IMG/VR virus record: IMGVR_UViG_2636415473_000002
Location: 19,169-83,168 of that record
DNA: 64,000 nucleotides
Source of the DNA: a virus
Lineage: Duplodnaviria > Caudoviricetes
Reading direction: 5' to 3' (one strand)
Shown one piece after another: positions 10,801 through 19,935 of the stretch. How positions within the stretch are numbered: the first letter of the stretch is position 1; each line of letters begins with the position of its first letter. The notes below the pieces were generated by a model, which saw only the letters and a program-made list of their open reading frames with translations, was not told the DNA's origin and did not search any database. Both the position numbers and the translations under genes were made by a program.

Positions 10801-13274
10801 TCATGGTTTCTTCACTTTCCGGCGTGTGGGGAAGTTTAAGGGATCAAATGAGCAGTGCCTTTTCTGGCATTAAAGATATAGCCATTCAAATTTTTTCCGC
10901 GGTTGCTTCATTTTTAGGAGAAAAGTTTTCAGAAATTAAGAAATTCTGGGACGAAAATGGAACGCAGATTTTAGAAGCTATTAGTAATGTATTTAAAGGG
11001 ATAATGGCTGTTATTGAATTCGTCATGCCTGCTGTCCTTTTTATTATCCAAATGGTATGGACAGCGATTAAACAGGTGATAGACGGAGCCTTAAATGTCA
11101 TTATGGGATTAATTAAAGTGTTTTCAGGACTGTTCACTGGGGACTTCGGCAAAATGTGGGAAGGTATCAAGCAAATATTCATGGGAGCAATTGACGTTAT
11201 TATCGGTTGGATGACGTTAACTTTTGTAGGTGGATTGCGAACGCTTCTTACTAATCTTGCGAAGTTAGGTGTAAACCTCGTTAAAGGTCTTGCTGATGGC
11301 ATTGTAGGATTGTTTAAGAGTTTCACTACTACTGGTTCAAATCTTGCAAAGGGCATGGTAGACGGTGTTTTAGGTTTCTTCCGAAACTTATATAGCCAAG
11401 CTACAAACATATTCGGCACACTTCGAACTTTCGGTGCATCGATTTGGAATTCCATCTCCCAAACTATTTTGGGTATTGCTCGAAATATCTGGAATGGAGT
11501 AGTTACAAACTTTACTAATATGGTTACTGGTATTCGTAATATCTTTAGCACTGTCCGAACAACAATCGAATCCATTTGGAACGGGGTCATGTCCTTTTTT
11601 AGAGGAATTAACCTTACACAGATCGGAAAAGACATCATAAAAGGTCTGATTAATGGTATTGGATCAATGGCTTCTGCAGTTTGGGAAAAAACAAAAGAAA
11701 TAGCCAATGGAATAATTAGCAGTATGAAAAAAGCATTAGATATTCATTCACCTTCTAAAGAAACTGAAAAAATAGGTAAAGAAACTGGCGCTGGTGTAGT
11801 TGTAGGTCTGAGCAAGCAAGAAAAAGCAGTGGCAGCCGCAGCTAAGAAAGTTGCCCAAGCTGCAGCTAAAAACTTCAAAGAAGCTTTTGATGCTGCTAAT
11901 TACAAGTTTAAAATGGGTGAAGTTGATGCATCTGCCCACATTAAATCACTTGAAAAAGTGCGTGACAACTATGCCAAAACACCTGAGCAAATCAGGAAAG
12001 TTAATTTAGCCATACTTGATATTGAGAAGAAGCATGCAAAAGATATTGAAAAACTGGATAAGCAAAATTACGATACATCAAAGAAATATATTGAGAAAAA
12101 GAAACGAGATAATGAAATATCTCTTTCTCAAGAATTAGCGATGTGGGAACGAGTCCAAAACAGATATAAGACTGGATCGAAGGAACGTGAAGAAGCTGAA
12201 CAAAATGTTTACCGTGTGAAAAAGGAAATTCATGATAAACTCAATTCCCTGAATGACGAATACGTTGCAAAGATGCAAGATGTGAATCAAAAACTGATTG
12301 ACGGTGAAAAAGCACTTAATGCCGAATATCAAAAAACAGTCGATGATAGAGCTAAGTCGCTATATTCTTTTGCAGGGATATTTGATGAAATTACACAGAA
12401 ATCAGATGTATCCGGACAGCAACTAATGCAGAATCTACAGGATCAGGTAGCGACTTTTGCAGAATGGTCGGCAAATATTAAAAGGCTTGCTGGTAGGGGT
12501 GTCAGTGAAGATCTTCTTTCTGAATTGCGGGATATGGGGCCAAGAGCTGCTGCTGAAATTGCGGCACTTAACAGTTTAACTGATGAACAGTTGGCTGAAT
12601 ACGCAGGTCTGTGGGGAACAAAAAACAGCCTGGCTCGTAAACAAGCAACAGCTGAGCTAGAAGGAATGAAAGAAGATACGGCTAAAAAAATAGCTGAGCT
12701 TCATAGCAACTCTGAAAAGCAGTTAGAGGAACTTCGACTTGAATGGGAAAATAAAATCAAGCAGATTCGAACCGGTACAACAGGTGAGTTTAATGCCATG
12801 AAATCAAGCCTTAATAATATTGGAAGAGACTCTATTACAGGCATGATTAAAGGGCTTGAATCGATGGAAGGTGCTCTGATGGCTAAAGCGAGAGCAATTG
12901 CCAATGCCGTAGCAGAAACGATAAGAGGCGCCCTGGATATCCATTCTCCATCTCGTGTCATGATGGAAATTGGAACATTTGTCGGTGAAGGTTTAATTGA
13001 TGGTATGCAAAAAATGTTTGAACCTATTACGAACACAGCATCAATGATGGCTAAGGCAGCAACCCCTAATATTCCTGACACATTCACAGGTAGAAAAGTT
13101 AGTTCATTTATCAGTCCTTTTATCCAAAATAATTCAAAAGCAAGTCCTACCAATAATGTCCCTAATAACTATGATTATTCGAGAACTATGCATAATACCA
13201 TTCAGATTACTACCAATGCTGATTCAACCAAAAGCACAGAAAGAATGTTGAGAAGATTAGCTTTTGAATTCTAA
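7860..13274 (+). CDS. Tail tape measure protein
   Basis: 1804 aa; coiled coils, TP901-type core (GLKGSDAGTSLK), W/F-spaced repeats. Confidence 0.96.
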   Translation: MAGEVGSLRVTLGLDSIDFTRGMQEINRKLTALNSEFKTTTAGAGRFDNSLDTLRQRSTILTSTLQTHRAKVNELNNQYQESVRVNGAAAASTEKLLIQYNNAVSAMRRTENQLQQTNRKIQEQSNGFQQLSTQINQSVDRITQQMRVLDSSFDAATAGIRDFGNSTQQLQQRSDHLTSSLRLQQQRVEELNRLHREAVREMGANARETQELEIRLNRATQAMRETEAQLRRTNAQIDNQSSTWNRLNSRLSSVGEQMQHIGGRMQGLGSEIAQSFGVAFLAVGGALGLTAKKAMDFESQMSSVKSVMAPDEINEFGDSLEKLALQMGAETKYSALEAAQGIEELIKAGLSPAQVASGGLEGALALATAGELELADAAEIASTALNAFKDDNLSVMRAADLLAGAANASATSVSEMKFGLSMVSAVASGVGLTFEDTAGALATFAQNGLKGSDAGTSLKTMLLNLSPSTKEATAQMSSLGLLTKKGTSAFYDANGSIKSMSEIAELLKTKLAKLTDEQRQMALKTMFGTDAIRAANILYKEGADGITHMVEAMNKIKSADVAAQKLDNVKGRILLLKGTLETAAIAIGNSLLPAIDKVVAVVQKAVDAFNNLSPRMQSFITIGAVVSAAFLGIVTALGAFIMIIGGAISGVGALISVFSAVAGSIASAGGAMALLTGPIGVTIASIAGIGIAATNLYNTFKGKAIPEIERFGDKVSESTKKALDGFFELSDEASLKVKELSITQKQVTAETKDALVSTYGQMSEQILSKMSEQHAKQIEATKSHFLRSSVLTNAEEDKILGKMEERNKSEVELQQNFRNKINEIVGNAYAENRALTEREQHILDTIREQMNEKAVKSLSQNEIESKVILERMKQTASNLSAQQAAEVVKNSIKQRTEAVNEADKQLEETIASIIRMRDESGDISAEQADRMISEAQKAHDMSVKYAEDMHSKVVEEAKSQAKEHVDQINWTTGEVLSKWEVMVSSLSGVWGSLRDQMSSAFSGIKDIAIQIFSAVASFLGEKFSEIKKFWDENGTQILEAISNVFKGIMAVIEFVMPAVLFIIQMVWTAIKQVIDGALNVIMGLIKVFSGLFTGDFGKMWEGIKQIFMGAIDVIIGWMTLTFVGGLRTLLTNLAKLGVNLVKGLADGIVGLFKSFTTTGSNLAKGMVDGVLGFFRNLYSQATNIFGTLRTFGASIWNSISQTILGIARNIWNGVVTNFTNMVTGIRNIFSTVRTTIESIWNGVMSFFRGINLTQIGKDIIKGLINGIGSMASAVWEKTKEIANGIISSMKKALDIHSPSKETEKIGKETGAGVVVGLSKQEKAVAAAAKKVAQAAAKNFKEAFDAANYKFKMGEVDASAHIKSLEKVRDNYAKTPEQIRKVNLAILDIEKKHAKDIEKLDKQNYDTSKKYIEKKKRDNEISLSQELAMWERVQNRYKTGSKEREEAEQNVYRVKKEIHDKLNSLNDEYVAKMQDVNQKLIDGEKALNAEYQKTVDDRAKSLYSFAGIFDEITQKSDVSGQQLMQNLQDQVATFAEWSANIKRLAGRGVSEDLLSELRDMGPRAAAEIAALNSLTDEQLAEYAGLWGTKNSLARKQATAELEGMKEDTAKKIAELHSNSEKQLEELRLEWENKIKQIRTGTTGEFNAMKSSLNNIGRDSITGMIKGLESMEGALMAKARAIANAVAETIRGALDIHSPSRVMMEIGTFVGEGLIDGMQKMFEPITNTASMMAKAATPNIPDTFTGRKVSSFISPFIQNNSKASPTNNVPNNYDYSRTMHNTIQITTNADSTKSTERMLRRLAFEF

Positions 13275-13289
13275 ACGGAGTGTGATCGG

Positions 13290-14180
13290 ATGTTAATCAA
13301 GAATATGACTATCACAAACAATCGTGGCGATTCGATTACATTCGGTCGCCATTTTCGTTTGATTGAAGATTTTGCTTTAAGTGGGCTAAGTGCTTCCGTG
13401 AACTATTCAGAAAGTACAACAGATGGCTCTAACTATCAAAATACAATGTTGGATAATCGAGACTTTGATATCCCTTTTTATATCCATAATGCTATTTCTG
13501 ATTCATGGTGGATTGAAGAGAAAAGGAACTATGCATTCAAAGTATTCAATCCGAAGACCAATCCTTTTCGAATTGATATTACAACAAAGTCTGGTGAGGA
13601 ATACTACATTAATGCCAATTTAGAGGGAGCCCCTTCTTTCCCGGTAGGTTTTGAAAACCAAAATAAAGTTTGGCAGAAAGGGTTCCTCCAATTCAGTGCT
13701 AATGATCCGTACTTTTATCAAAAGGAAGCTGTTGGTGTGGATATAGCTTTATGGGTTGGCGCTTTTGAATTCCCTCTTGAAATACCAGAAGATACTGGAA
13801 TTGAAATGGGCTACCGTTCACAGTCCCTTATTGTCAATGTGAAGAACGAAGGACAAGAAAGCACAGGGATGATCATTCGATTTAAGGCACTAGGTACACT
13901 TAAAAATCCTTCTTTGGTCAATGTGAATACCTATGAACTACTTAAACTTAATACCACAATGATAGCTGGGGATATTATAGAAATTTCGACTTTTAAACGT
14001 AAGAAAAAATTGACTCTTACACGGAATGGAGTCACATCCAATATTTTTAATCAACTAGACTTAGCAAGCACATTTTTGCAGCTTGAAATTGGTGATAACT
14101 TATTTCGATATAACGCAGACGAGGGATTAGATAACTTGGAAGTATCTATGAATTTCACACCGCGATTATTGGGGGTGTAA
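13290..14180 (+). CDS. Distal tail protein (Dit)
   Basis: Follows TMP; FSANDPYFY and LEIGDNLFRY motifs. Confidence 0.85.
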   Translation: MLIKNMTITNNRGDSITFGRHFRLIEDFALSGLSASVNYSESTTDGSNYQNTMLDNRDFDIPFYIHNAISDSWWIEEKRNYAFKVFNPKTNPFRIDITTKSGEEYYINANLEGAPSFPVGFENQNKVWQKGFLQFSANDPYFYQKEAVGVDIALWVGAFEFPLEIPEDTGIEMGYRSQSLIVNVKNEGQESTGMIIRFKALGTLKNPSLVNVNTYELLKLNTTMIAGDIIEISTFKRKKKLTLTRNGVTSNIFNQLDLASTFLQLEIGDNLFRYNADEGLDNLEVSMNFTPRLLGV

Positions 14181-15295
14181 TGGTGGAGTTTTATGTGTTT
14201 GACATAAATTTTAACCGTTTAGGAATCATCGATGGTTTTATTGCGACTGATCTCACCCTTAATTATGATACACTGAGTGACTGTCGCCTCACTGTGGATG
14301 GAACCAAAGATTATGCAGACCTCTTGCAAATAGACCACATTATTACAAAAACAGCCGATATCACAAGGGGTTACATCATAAAGACCAGGGAGTATCTAGA
14401 TGAGGCATCCACAGAATTAAAAATCATCGCATATTCGATGAATCTCATCCTAAATGATCGTCTAGTACTAGGGCAACAGGAGTTTACAGGAACTATTGAA
14501 AACGTGATGAAGTCTTTTGTCCAGGTGAATGCCGTAAGTCCAACAAATCCAAATAGGATGATTCCTAATCTTGTTATTGCTTCAAACAGAGGGATTCCTA
14601 TTGAAACCACAGAGGGAGCAGTCAATGTCCCATTAGATGAATACCTGTATGAATTATGCAAAAAACATGATGTGTCATTTGATATCTTCCTTGATCATGA
14701 GAATAAGAAATTCGTATTTGATGTATGGCAAGGTGTAGATAGAAGTACAGTCCAATCTAATCATGCTCATGTTACTTTTGCTAAAGAATTTGATAACGTT
14801 TTGAAGCAGCACTATACGGAAAGCAATAAAGACCATAGAACAACAGCCATCGTGCTAGGTGAAACTGTGGAAGGGAAGCCACAATCCATCATCACTGTGA
14901 ATGATGATCAATCAGGATTTAACAGAAAAGAAATGGTAGTTGAAGCTACTGATATTAGGAAATCCTATACGGATGATAAAAACAACCAAATAAATCTTAC
15001 AGAGGCTGAATATCAATCACTACTTACAGAGAAGGGCAAAAATACATTATCTGAGCATCAAGGGATAAAGACCTTTGAAAGTGACGTAGACCCACAAGGG
15101 AATTATATATACGGATTGGATTATTCGATGGGGGATAAGGTTAGTACACGTAATGATGATTTAGGGATTATTCTTCACACTAGGATTATGTCGGTTATAG
15201 AAAAGGAAAACAAGCAAGGGGAAACCATTCAATTGAACTTTGGTTCGAATATTCCTAGCTTCATAGAAAAAGTAAAAAGGGCGGTGAAAAAATGA
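14180..15295 (+). CDS. Tail hub / Tal-like protein (ReqiPepy6 Gp37-like)
   Basis: Position; GVDRS and YGLDYSMGDKV motifs. Confidence 0.8.
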   Translation: MVEFYVFDINFNRLGIIDGFIATDLTLNYDTLSDCRLTVDGTKDYADLLQIDHIITKTADITRGYIIKTREYLDEASTELKIIAYSMNLILNDRLVLGQQEFTGTIENVMKSFVQVNAVSPTNPNRMIPNLVIASNRGIPIETTEGAVNVPLDEYLYELCKKHDVSFDIFLDHENKKFVFDVWQGVDRSTVQSNHAHVTFAKEFDNVLKQHYTESNKDHRTTAIVLGETVEGKPQSIITVNDDQSGFNRKEMVVEATDIRKSYTDDKNNQINLTEAEYQSLLTEKGKNTLSEHQGIKTFESDVDPQGNYIYGLDYSMGDKVSTRNDDLGIILHTRIMSVIEKENKQGETIQLNFGSNIPSFIEKVKRAVKK

Positions 15296-16200
15296 CCATC
15301 AAAAGTGGGATTTTCAACAGCGTGAATGGAGATCGAAAATATAAAGCAGATGATTTTGCCTCTTATTTCGCTACCTTTATATCAAATGGTGTTTTCCCAA
15401 ATCCCTCTACAGGATTTCAAGTTGTAACAAATGGGGATATGACTGTATCTTTAAAAGCCGGAAAAGCATGGATAAAGGGTTACTATATTACAAATGATGC
15501 TGATTTTACATTAACCATTGGTGTTGCTGATGGTGTTCTAAATCGAATTGACAGGATCGTACTTCGTTTAGATTATTTAAACAGAATGATTACCCCCCTC
15601 GTAAAAAAGGGATCATTTGCGTCAAGTCCTGTGGCACCACAATTACAACGGGATGCAGATGCCTATGAATTAGCATTGGCTGATATTTATATTAGCAAAG
15701 GATCTATATCGATTCTCCAAGCAAATATTACTGATTTACGTCTTAATAAAGATTTATGTGGAATGGTTCACAGTACCGTAGATCAAGTGGATACCACTAC
15801 AATTTTTAATCAGTATCAATCCTGGTTCAACAATATGAAAACCGGAAAAGAAGCAGATTTTGACCAATGGTTCCAAAGTATTCGTGACATACTAGACACA
15901 AACGCCGCGGGTAATTTGCAGAATCAAATTGATGATTTGGCTCAGACAGACACTGAGATGAGAGAATATTCAATGTATAAATCTGGGAAAGATCCTGATG
16001 GGATATTTACAACAGTAGAATTAAAAAGAGCAAATGGCACTCTTTATCTAAAAAGTGTTCTTAGTAGTGGGATAGCGCCGTTGTATACGACAAGAACAGC
16101 AACATGGTATGAAAATGATGGTACTACTATCTATAGACAAAAGGTTTATAGTAGAACTTATGATGGTTCTGGTACGTTAGTAAGTGAGGTGCTTGTTTAA
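15292..16200 (+). CDS. Baseplate / tail fibre proximal protein
   Basis: FNSVNGDRKY, G.AWI.G, RIDRIVLRLD, YELALA, ITDLR motifs. Confidence 0.8.
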   Translation: MTIKSGIFNSVNGDRKYKADDFASYFATFISNGVFPNPSTGFQVVTNGDMTVSLKAGKAWIKGYYITNDADFTLTIGVADGVLNRIDRIVLRLDYLNRMITPLVKKGSFASSPVAPQLQRDADAYELALADIYISKGSISILQANITDLRLNKDLCGMVHSTVDQVDTTTIFNQYQSWFNNMKTGKEADFDQWFQSIRDILDTNAAGNLQNQIDDLAQTDTEMREYSMYKSGKDPDGIFTTVELKRANGTLYLKSVLSSGIAPLYTTRTATWYENDGTTIYRQKVYSRTYDGSGTLVSEVLV

Positions 16201-17486
16201 TGGACATTGAATTATTGCATGGTTTTGGTGGCGGTGGAGGTCTGGAAATCAATGGAGTTGGTGAAGCGTATGGAACATATATAGAAGCGCTGAATAGAGG
16301 AGACCTCGTAACTACACGTAGGTATTTCGGTTTTGATACACCAGTGAAAATGACGGATTTAACACTCCCTGTGAACTCAGGAAGCTCTAGGGGCGCATCG
16401 TTCAGTCCAGATGACAACTACCTTGCTGTGGGTATCAACGTTGCTCCATATTTGAAACTATTTAAAAAAAGTGGCGATTCTTACATTCCGTTACCAGACC
16501 CAAGCGTGGCACCAACAACATCTGTGCATAATCCTGAATTTAGTCCAGATGGTCAACTTTTAGCAGTTCCACAACCTGGTGATGGATACATCCCAATAGT
16601 TTATCAAAGAGTCGGTGACGTATTTATTAAGTTAGACACAGCTGCCTTCAATTCGATAAGTTATTATATTAGATTCGCTTCATGGAGTCCGGATGGTGTT
16701 TATTTATGTTTCAACACAAGTGCCTATCAAGGTAGTGGGGTACACATGTTTAAGAGAAATAAGGCTGATAACACTTTTGTAAAATTAGCAAATCTCCCCA
16801 CTCTACCAACGTCACAGTATATCTATAATCACACATGGTCGCCAGATGGGGAACATTTTGTTATAGGACATCAAAACTCTCCAAACTTAACAATCTATAA
16901 AAACAATAGAGATGATACGTTTACTAAGCTAGCCAATTTACCCACACTACCGGGTAGTTCGGTATATGACGCTTCATATAGTAATGACGGAACTTATTTA
17001 GTAGTCGCTCATGGTGCAACTGGTAGTGTGTCTAACAGAGTATACAAAAGAAGTGGTGACTCATACACTTATTTGGGAATTCTACCATTATCCCCAACTG
17101 GTTCTTCCGTCGGCGTGGATTTCAGTTCTGACGATGTATATTTAGGGTTGTCTAGTACGCAATCGCCTTATATTCGGCTATACAAGAGAGATGGTGATAA
17201 TTTTACAAAATTAGCCACCCCTACGGATATACCAACAGGAGCGCCAATATCGGACGGTGGTGGTTTGAGATTTGCTAACTTGAATCCATATATAGCGGTG
17301 CCTCATACCGCAGCGCCATTCGTCACAATGTATAAAGCTGATATTTTAGGTGATTTTATACACAAATACAGAAGTATTTCTGAGTTATATTATCCCAATT
17401 ATATAAATTTTGGTGTAGCACTAGTAACTGACATTGCAAATGCAGCTAATAAGAAAATAAAAACATTACCATTTAAATTAATATAG
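16200..17486 (+). CDS. Putative receptor-binding protein with WD40/TolB-like beta-propeller
   Basis: About 6 repeats of (F/W)SPDG..L and F.KL..P..P at ~45 aa spacing. Confidence 0.7.
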   Translation: MDIELLHGFGGGGGLEINGVGEAYGTYIEALNRGDLVTTRRYFGFDTPVKMTDLTLPVNSGSSRGASFSPDDNYLAVGINVAPYLKLFKKSGDSYIPLPDPSVAPTTSVHNPEFSPDGQLLAVPQPGDGYIPIVYQRVGDVFIKLDTAAFNSISYYIRFASWSPDGVYLCFNTSAYQGSGVHMFKRNKADNTFVKLANLPTLPTSQYIYNHTWSPDGEHFVIGHQNSPNLTIYKNNRDDTFTKLANLPTLPGSSVYDASYSNDGTYLVVAHGATGSVSNRVYKRSGDSYTYLGILPLSPTGSSVGVDFSSDDVYLGLSSTQSPYIRLYKRDGDNFTKLATPTDIPTGAPISDGGGLRFANLNPYIAVPHTAAPFVTMYKADILGDFIHKYRSISELYYPNYINFGVALVTDIANAANKKIKTLPFKLI

Positions 17487-17502
17487 CGAGGGGCAATCAA
17501 AT

Positions 17503-17826
17503 GTGAAGTATTATCTACAAGTACAACCTGATGGGAGAATAACTGATGCTATCACATATCCTTTTGGTAATTATATAGAATATGAGGCAGAATCATTACC
17601 GATGGAAGTGATTGGTGGATGGTTTAAATTAGAAAATGATGTGATTGTTGAATACCCAGAATTAAAACCAGTAACCAAAGATGAAGAAATTGAACAGTTA
17701 CAGCAAGACCTAGGGATGATCCTTTTAGAAAGTGCTAATGATAAAGCTCGGATTGTAGAGTTGGAAATTAATCAAGGTGAAATGTTAATGGAAATTGCGA
17801 CGCTAAAAATGGGAGGTAATCTATAA
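17503..17826 (+). CDS. Tail fibre accessory protein (XkdW-like position)
   Basis: Acidic with C-terminal coiled coil; directly before xkdX-like gene. Confidence 0.6.
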   Translation: MKYYLQVQPDGRITDAITYPFGNYIEYEAESLPMEVIGGWFKLENDVIVEYPELKPVTKDEEIEQLQQDLGMILLESANDKARIVELEINQGEMLMEIATLKMGGNL

Positions 17827-17966
17827 TGTGGTTTACTACAATTAAAAGGTACTATGATACAAAACATCCATCTTACGATAACGAGAATTTGAAGGTTTTC
17901 GTAAAGGCAAACATGATTACAAAAGAACAATATACGGAAATTACTGACCAAGCGTACATTGAGTAG
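17826..17966 (+). CDS. xkdX: XkdX-family protein, 46 aa (not in ORF track)
   Basis: MWFTTIKRYYD...VFVKANMITKEQYTEIT; GGAGG RBS. Confidence 0.8.
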   Translation: MWFTTIKRYYDTKHPSYDNENLKVFVKANMITKEQYTEITDQAYIE

Positions 17967-18007
17967 GCTTTTTTTATTTTTAAATGAGGGGATAAACCCC
18001 TCTTTCT

Positions 18008-18328
18008 TTATCTTTTGACAACTTGAAAATAGCATTCTTGTGGATCAATTTCTCTGTCGCCAGTGTAACATATGCTTTTGAATATAGAGTTGGGTTTATA
18101 ATTCAGATTTTTTATTAAGTAATTACAACCAGATAACCTAGCTTCAAGCAATCCCCAATGAACATTGGTAGGAATCGGTTCAAGTGCAAACTCATTAATT
18201 TGGATTGAATAACCTTGTCTATCTCTACCTGAAGTTGTTATGGGGTTCTTATTCGCTAGGTCAATTTGTTCAGACGGTATGTGTTTTTCATCAATTTCAC
18301 TAATTGTATAGGTATTTTTATCAAACAT
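18008..18328 (-). CDS. Moron hypothetical protein
   Basis: AAGGAGG RBS; opposite strand to late operon. Confidence 0.7.
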   Translation of the reverse strand: MFDKNTYTISEIDEKHIPSEQIDLANKNPITTSGRDRQGYSIQINEFALEPIPTNVHWGLLEARLSGCNYLIKNLNYKPNSIFKSICYTGDREIDPQECYFQVVKR

Positions 18329-18529
18329 ACAATTCTCCTCCTTGTCATTTGATACCTATTATATAGAAGTAAATGTGGTAAAATTAAAAGGTTTCATGAA
18401 AAGTTTAAAAATATTTAATACACAATCGGAAGATTATACGCAATATTGAGCAATTGCATGTAAAGCATGCGCTGAGTAGGCTTTTCGTATCTCCTTTTTT
18501 TTGTTAATATTAACAAAAGGGGGATTAGA

Positions 18530-19018
18530 ATGCCGAAGCCATTAAGTAAGATGAGGATACCTGATCCATTTGTAATGAATGAAGATACAGTTAATATTTC
18601 AGTATGGGAATTCCTAAAACATAAAGAGTTTGACAGTCCTAGCCCATTAAAAGGGAAGCAACGAGGTATTGATGTTCAAGGAGAAAAATTTGGTTGGGAA
18701 ATTTATGTTGAATCCAAAGGTTCGCATGGAAATGACCATGATGGTGATACGGTTTTTGGTCAGGGGCAAATTAAAGTTCATACCTATAATCAAATTGGGA
18801 AATTGATGGAATATAAAAGTAATAGTAGTGAAAAAAGTATGTATGTGATGGCTAATCCAGATATCCCTAGAATAAGAAAAAGGGTTCAAAAAGTAGCTAA
18901 TTCACTAGATCTTTTAGGATTTATTAGGTTCTGGGTACAGGATGACAAATCAATAATTATAGAATTTCCTGAACACTTAGAAGATCGGTTGCGATGGTTA
19001 GGATTAATTGAACAGTAG
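18530..19018 (+). CDS. Putative PD-(D/E)XK nuclease moron
   Basis: RGIDV..G....IYVESKG core and downstream Q helix (NQIGKLM). Confidence 0.65.
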   Translation: MPKPLSKMRIPDPFVMNEDTVNISVWEFLKHKEFDSPSPLKGKQRGIDVQGEKFGWEIYVESKGSHGNDHDGDTVFGQGQIKVHTYNQIGKLMEYKSNSSEKSMYVMANPDIPRIRKRVQKVANSLDLLGFIRFWVQDDKSIIIEFPEHLEDRLRWLGLIEQ

Positions 19019-19121
19019 AAAGATAAAATGCAGCATCGATAACACCATTGAGGTGTATTTTTTTTATGTATTGATTCAAACTCCTAGGTTAAAAATTGTT
19101 ATAGAAAAGGGGGACTGAAAA

Positions 19122-19304
19122 TTGAGAAAAACAAAACAAAATTATTGTGATTTGGGTGAAAAATGTAATGGTGATGATTTTATAACAGGACAGATAGTTT
19201 ACTACAGCGAAGAAGAAAATAATTATTTCTGTGGAGCATGTGCAGTTAAACTTCAAAGAGACTATAAATTACAATTTGAAGATGCGGTTTATACTGGTGA
19301 TTAA
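19122..19304 (+). CDS. Small Cys-rich (putative Zn-binding) protein
   Basis: CDLGEKC...CGAC; GGGGG RBS. Confidence 0.55.
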   Translation: MRKTKQNYCDLGEKCNGDDFITGQIVYYSEEENNYFCGACAVKLQRDYKLQFEDAVYTGD

Positions 19305-19370
19305 TGAAATATTTTAAACAATGTAAGAGTCCATTTAGGGCTCTTTTTATTTTGAAAAAGGGGTGAAGGA

Positions 19371-19652
19371 ATGGAAGTACAAATCGGGGTTCTATGTGCG
19401 ATTATTGGGGCTGTAATATCTTTTTTGGCATTCAGTCTTAATAGGGATAAGGATGTTAAAACAGGTGCTTCAGAATCTGCTGTGATAAGAACAAAGTTGG
19501 ACAATATCAATAGTGGGGTTGAGTCAATAAGAATTGATATAAAAGCGAATGAAAGGCGGGTATCTGAGTTATCAGAACGAGTAATTCGTGTGGAAGAAAG
19601 CTCAAAGCAGGCCCATAAGAGGCTGGACAACATGGAAAGGGAGAGTGTTTAA
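19371..19652 (+). CDS. Lysis-associated membrane/coiled-coil protein (XhlA-like position)
   Basis: N-terminal TM helix, C-terminal SKQAHKRLD; paralog at 28101. Confidence 0.7.
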   Translation: MEVQIGVLCAIIGAVISFLAFSLNRDKDVKTGASESAVIRTKLDNINSGVESIRIDIKANERRVSELSERVIRVEESSKQAHKRLDNMERESV

Positions 19653-19653
19653 A

Positions 19654-19899
19654 TTGGATAAAGCAAAACAATATGTAGCGATGATTGGCGGTGTCCTGGG
19701 GGCAGTGCTTTTGTTTTTTCAAGCACTTGGCTTTGAGATAACTTGGTTTAATGAAACCACAATTGACGCATTTACGAATTTCTTGATTGCTGCTGTTCCA
19801 TTAGTTTTAGCACTATATGGTGTTTATAAAAACCAGTATGTATTAACGAAGAAAGCTAAAAAGCAAGAGGAAGTATTGAAAAAACAAGGATTAAAATAA
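19654..19899 (+). CDS. Holin (two TM helices)
   Basis: TTG start matching paralog 28393-28638; YGVYKNQY and basic tail. Confidence 0.85.
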   Translation: MDKAKQYVAMIGGVLGAVLLFFQALGFEITWFNETTIDAFTNFLIAAVPLVLALYGVYKNQYVLTKKAKKQEEVLKKQGLK

Positions 19900-19935
19900 G
19901 CTGTCCACACGGATGGCTTTTAAAGAAAGGAGCTA

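Noticed and set aside
8678-13153. Long minus-strand ORFs inside the tape measure gene (and 6786-7238 inside the tail tube gene)
   Set aside because: Antisense shadows of strongly supported genes; no RBS or motifs
16200-17486. Diversity-generating retroelement target
   Set aside because: No RT gene and no TR/VR pair differing only at adenines in the window
19588-19653. Longer holin start in the ORF track
   Set aside because: Paralog and RBS support TTG at 19654
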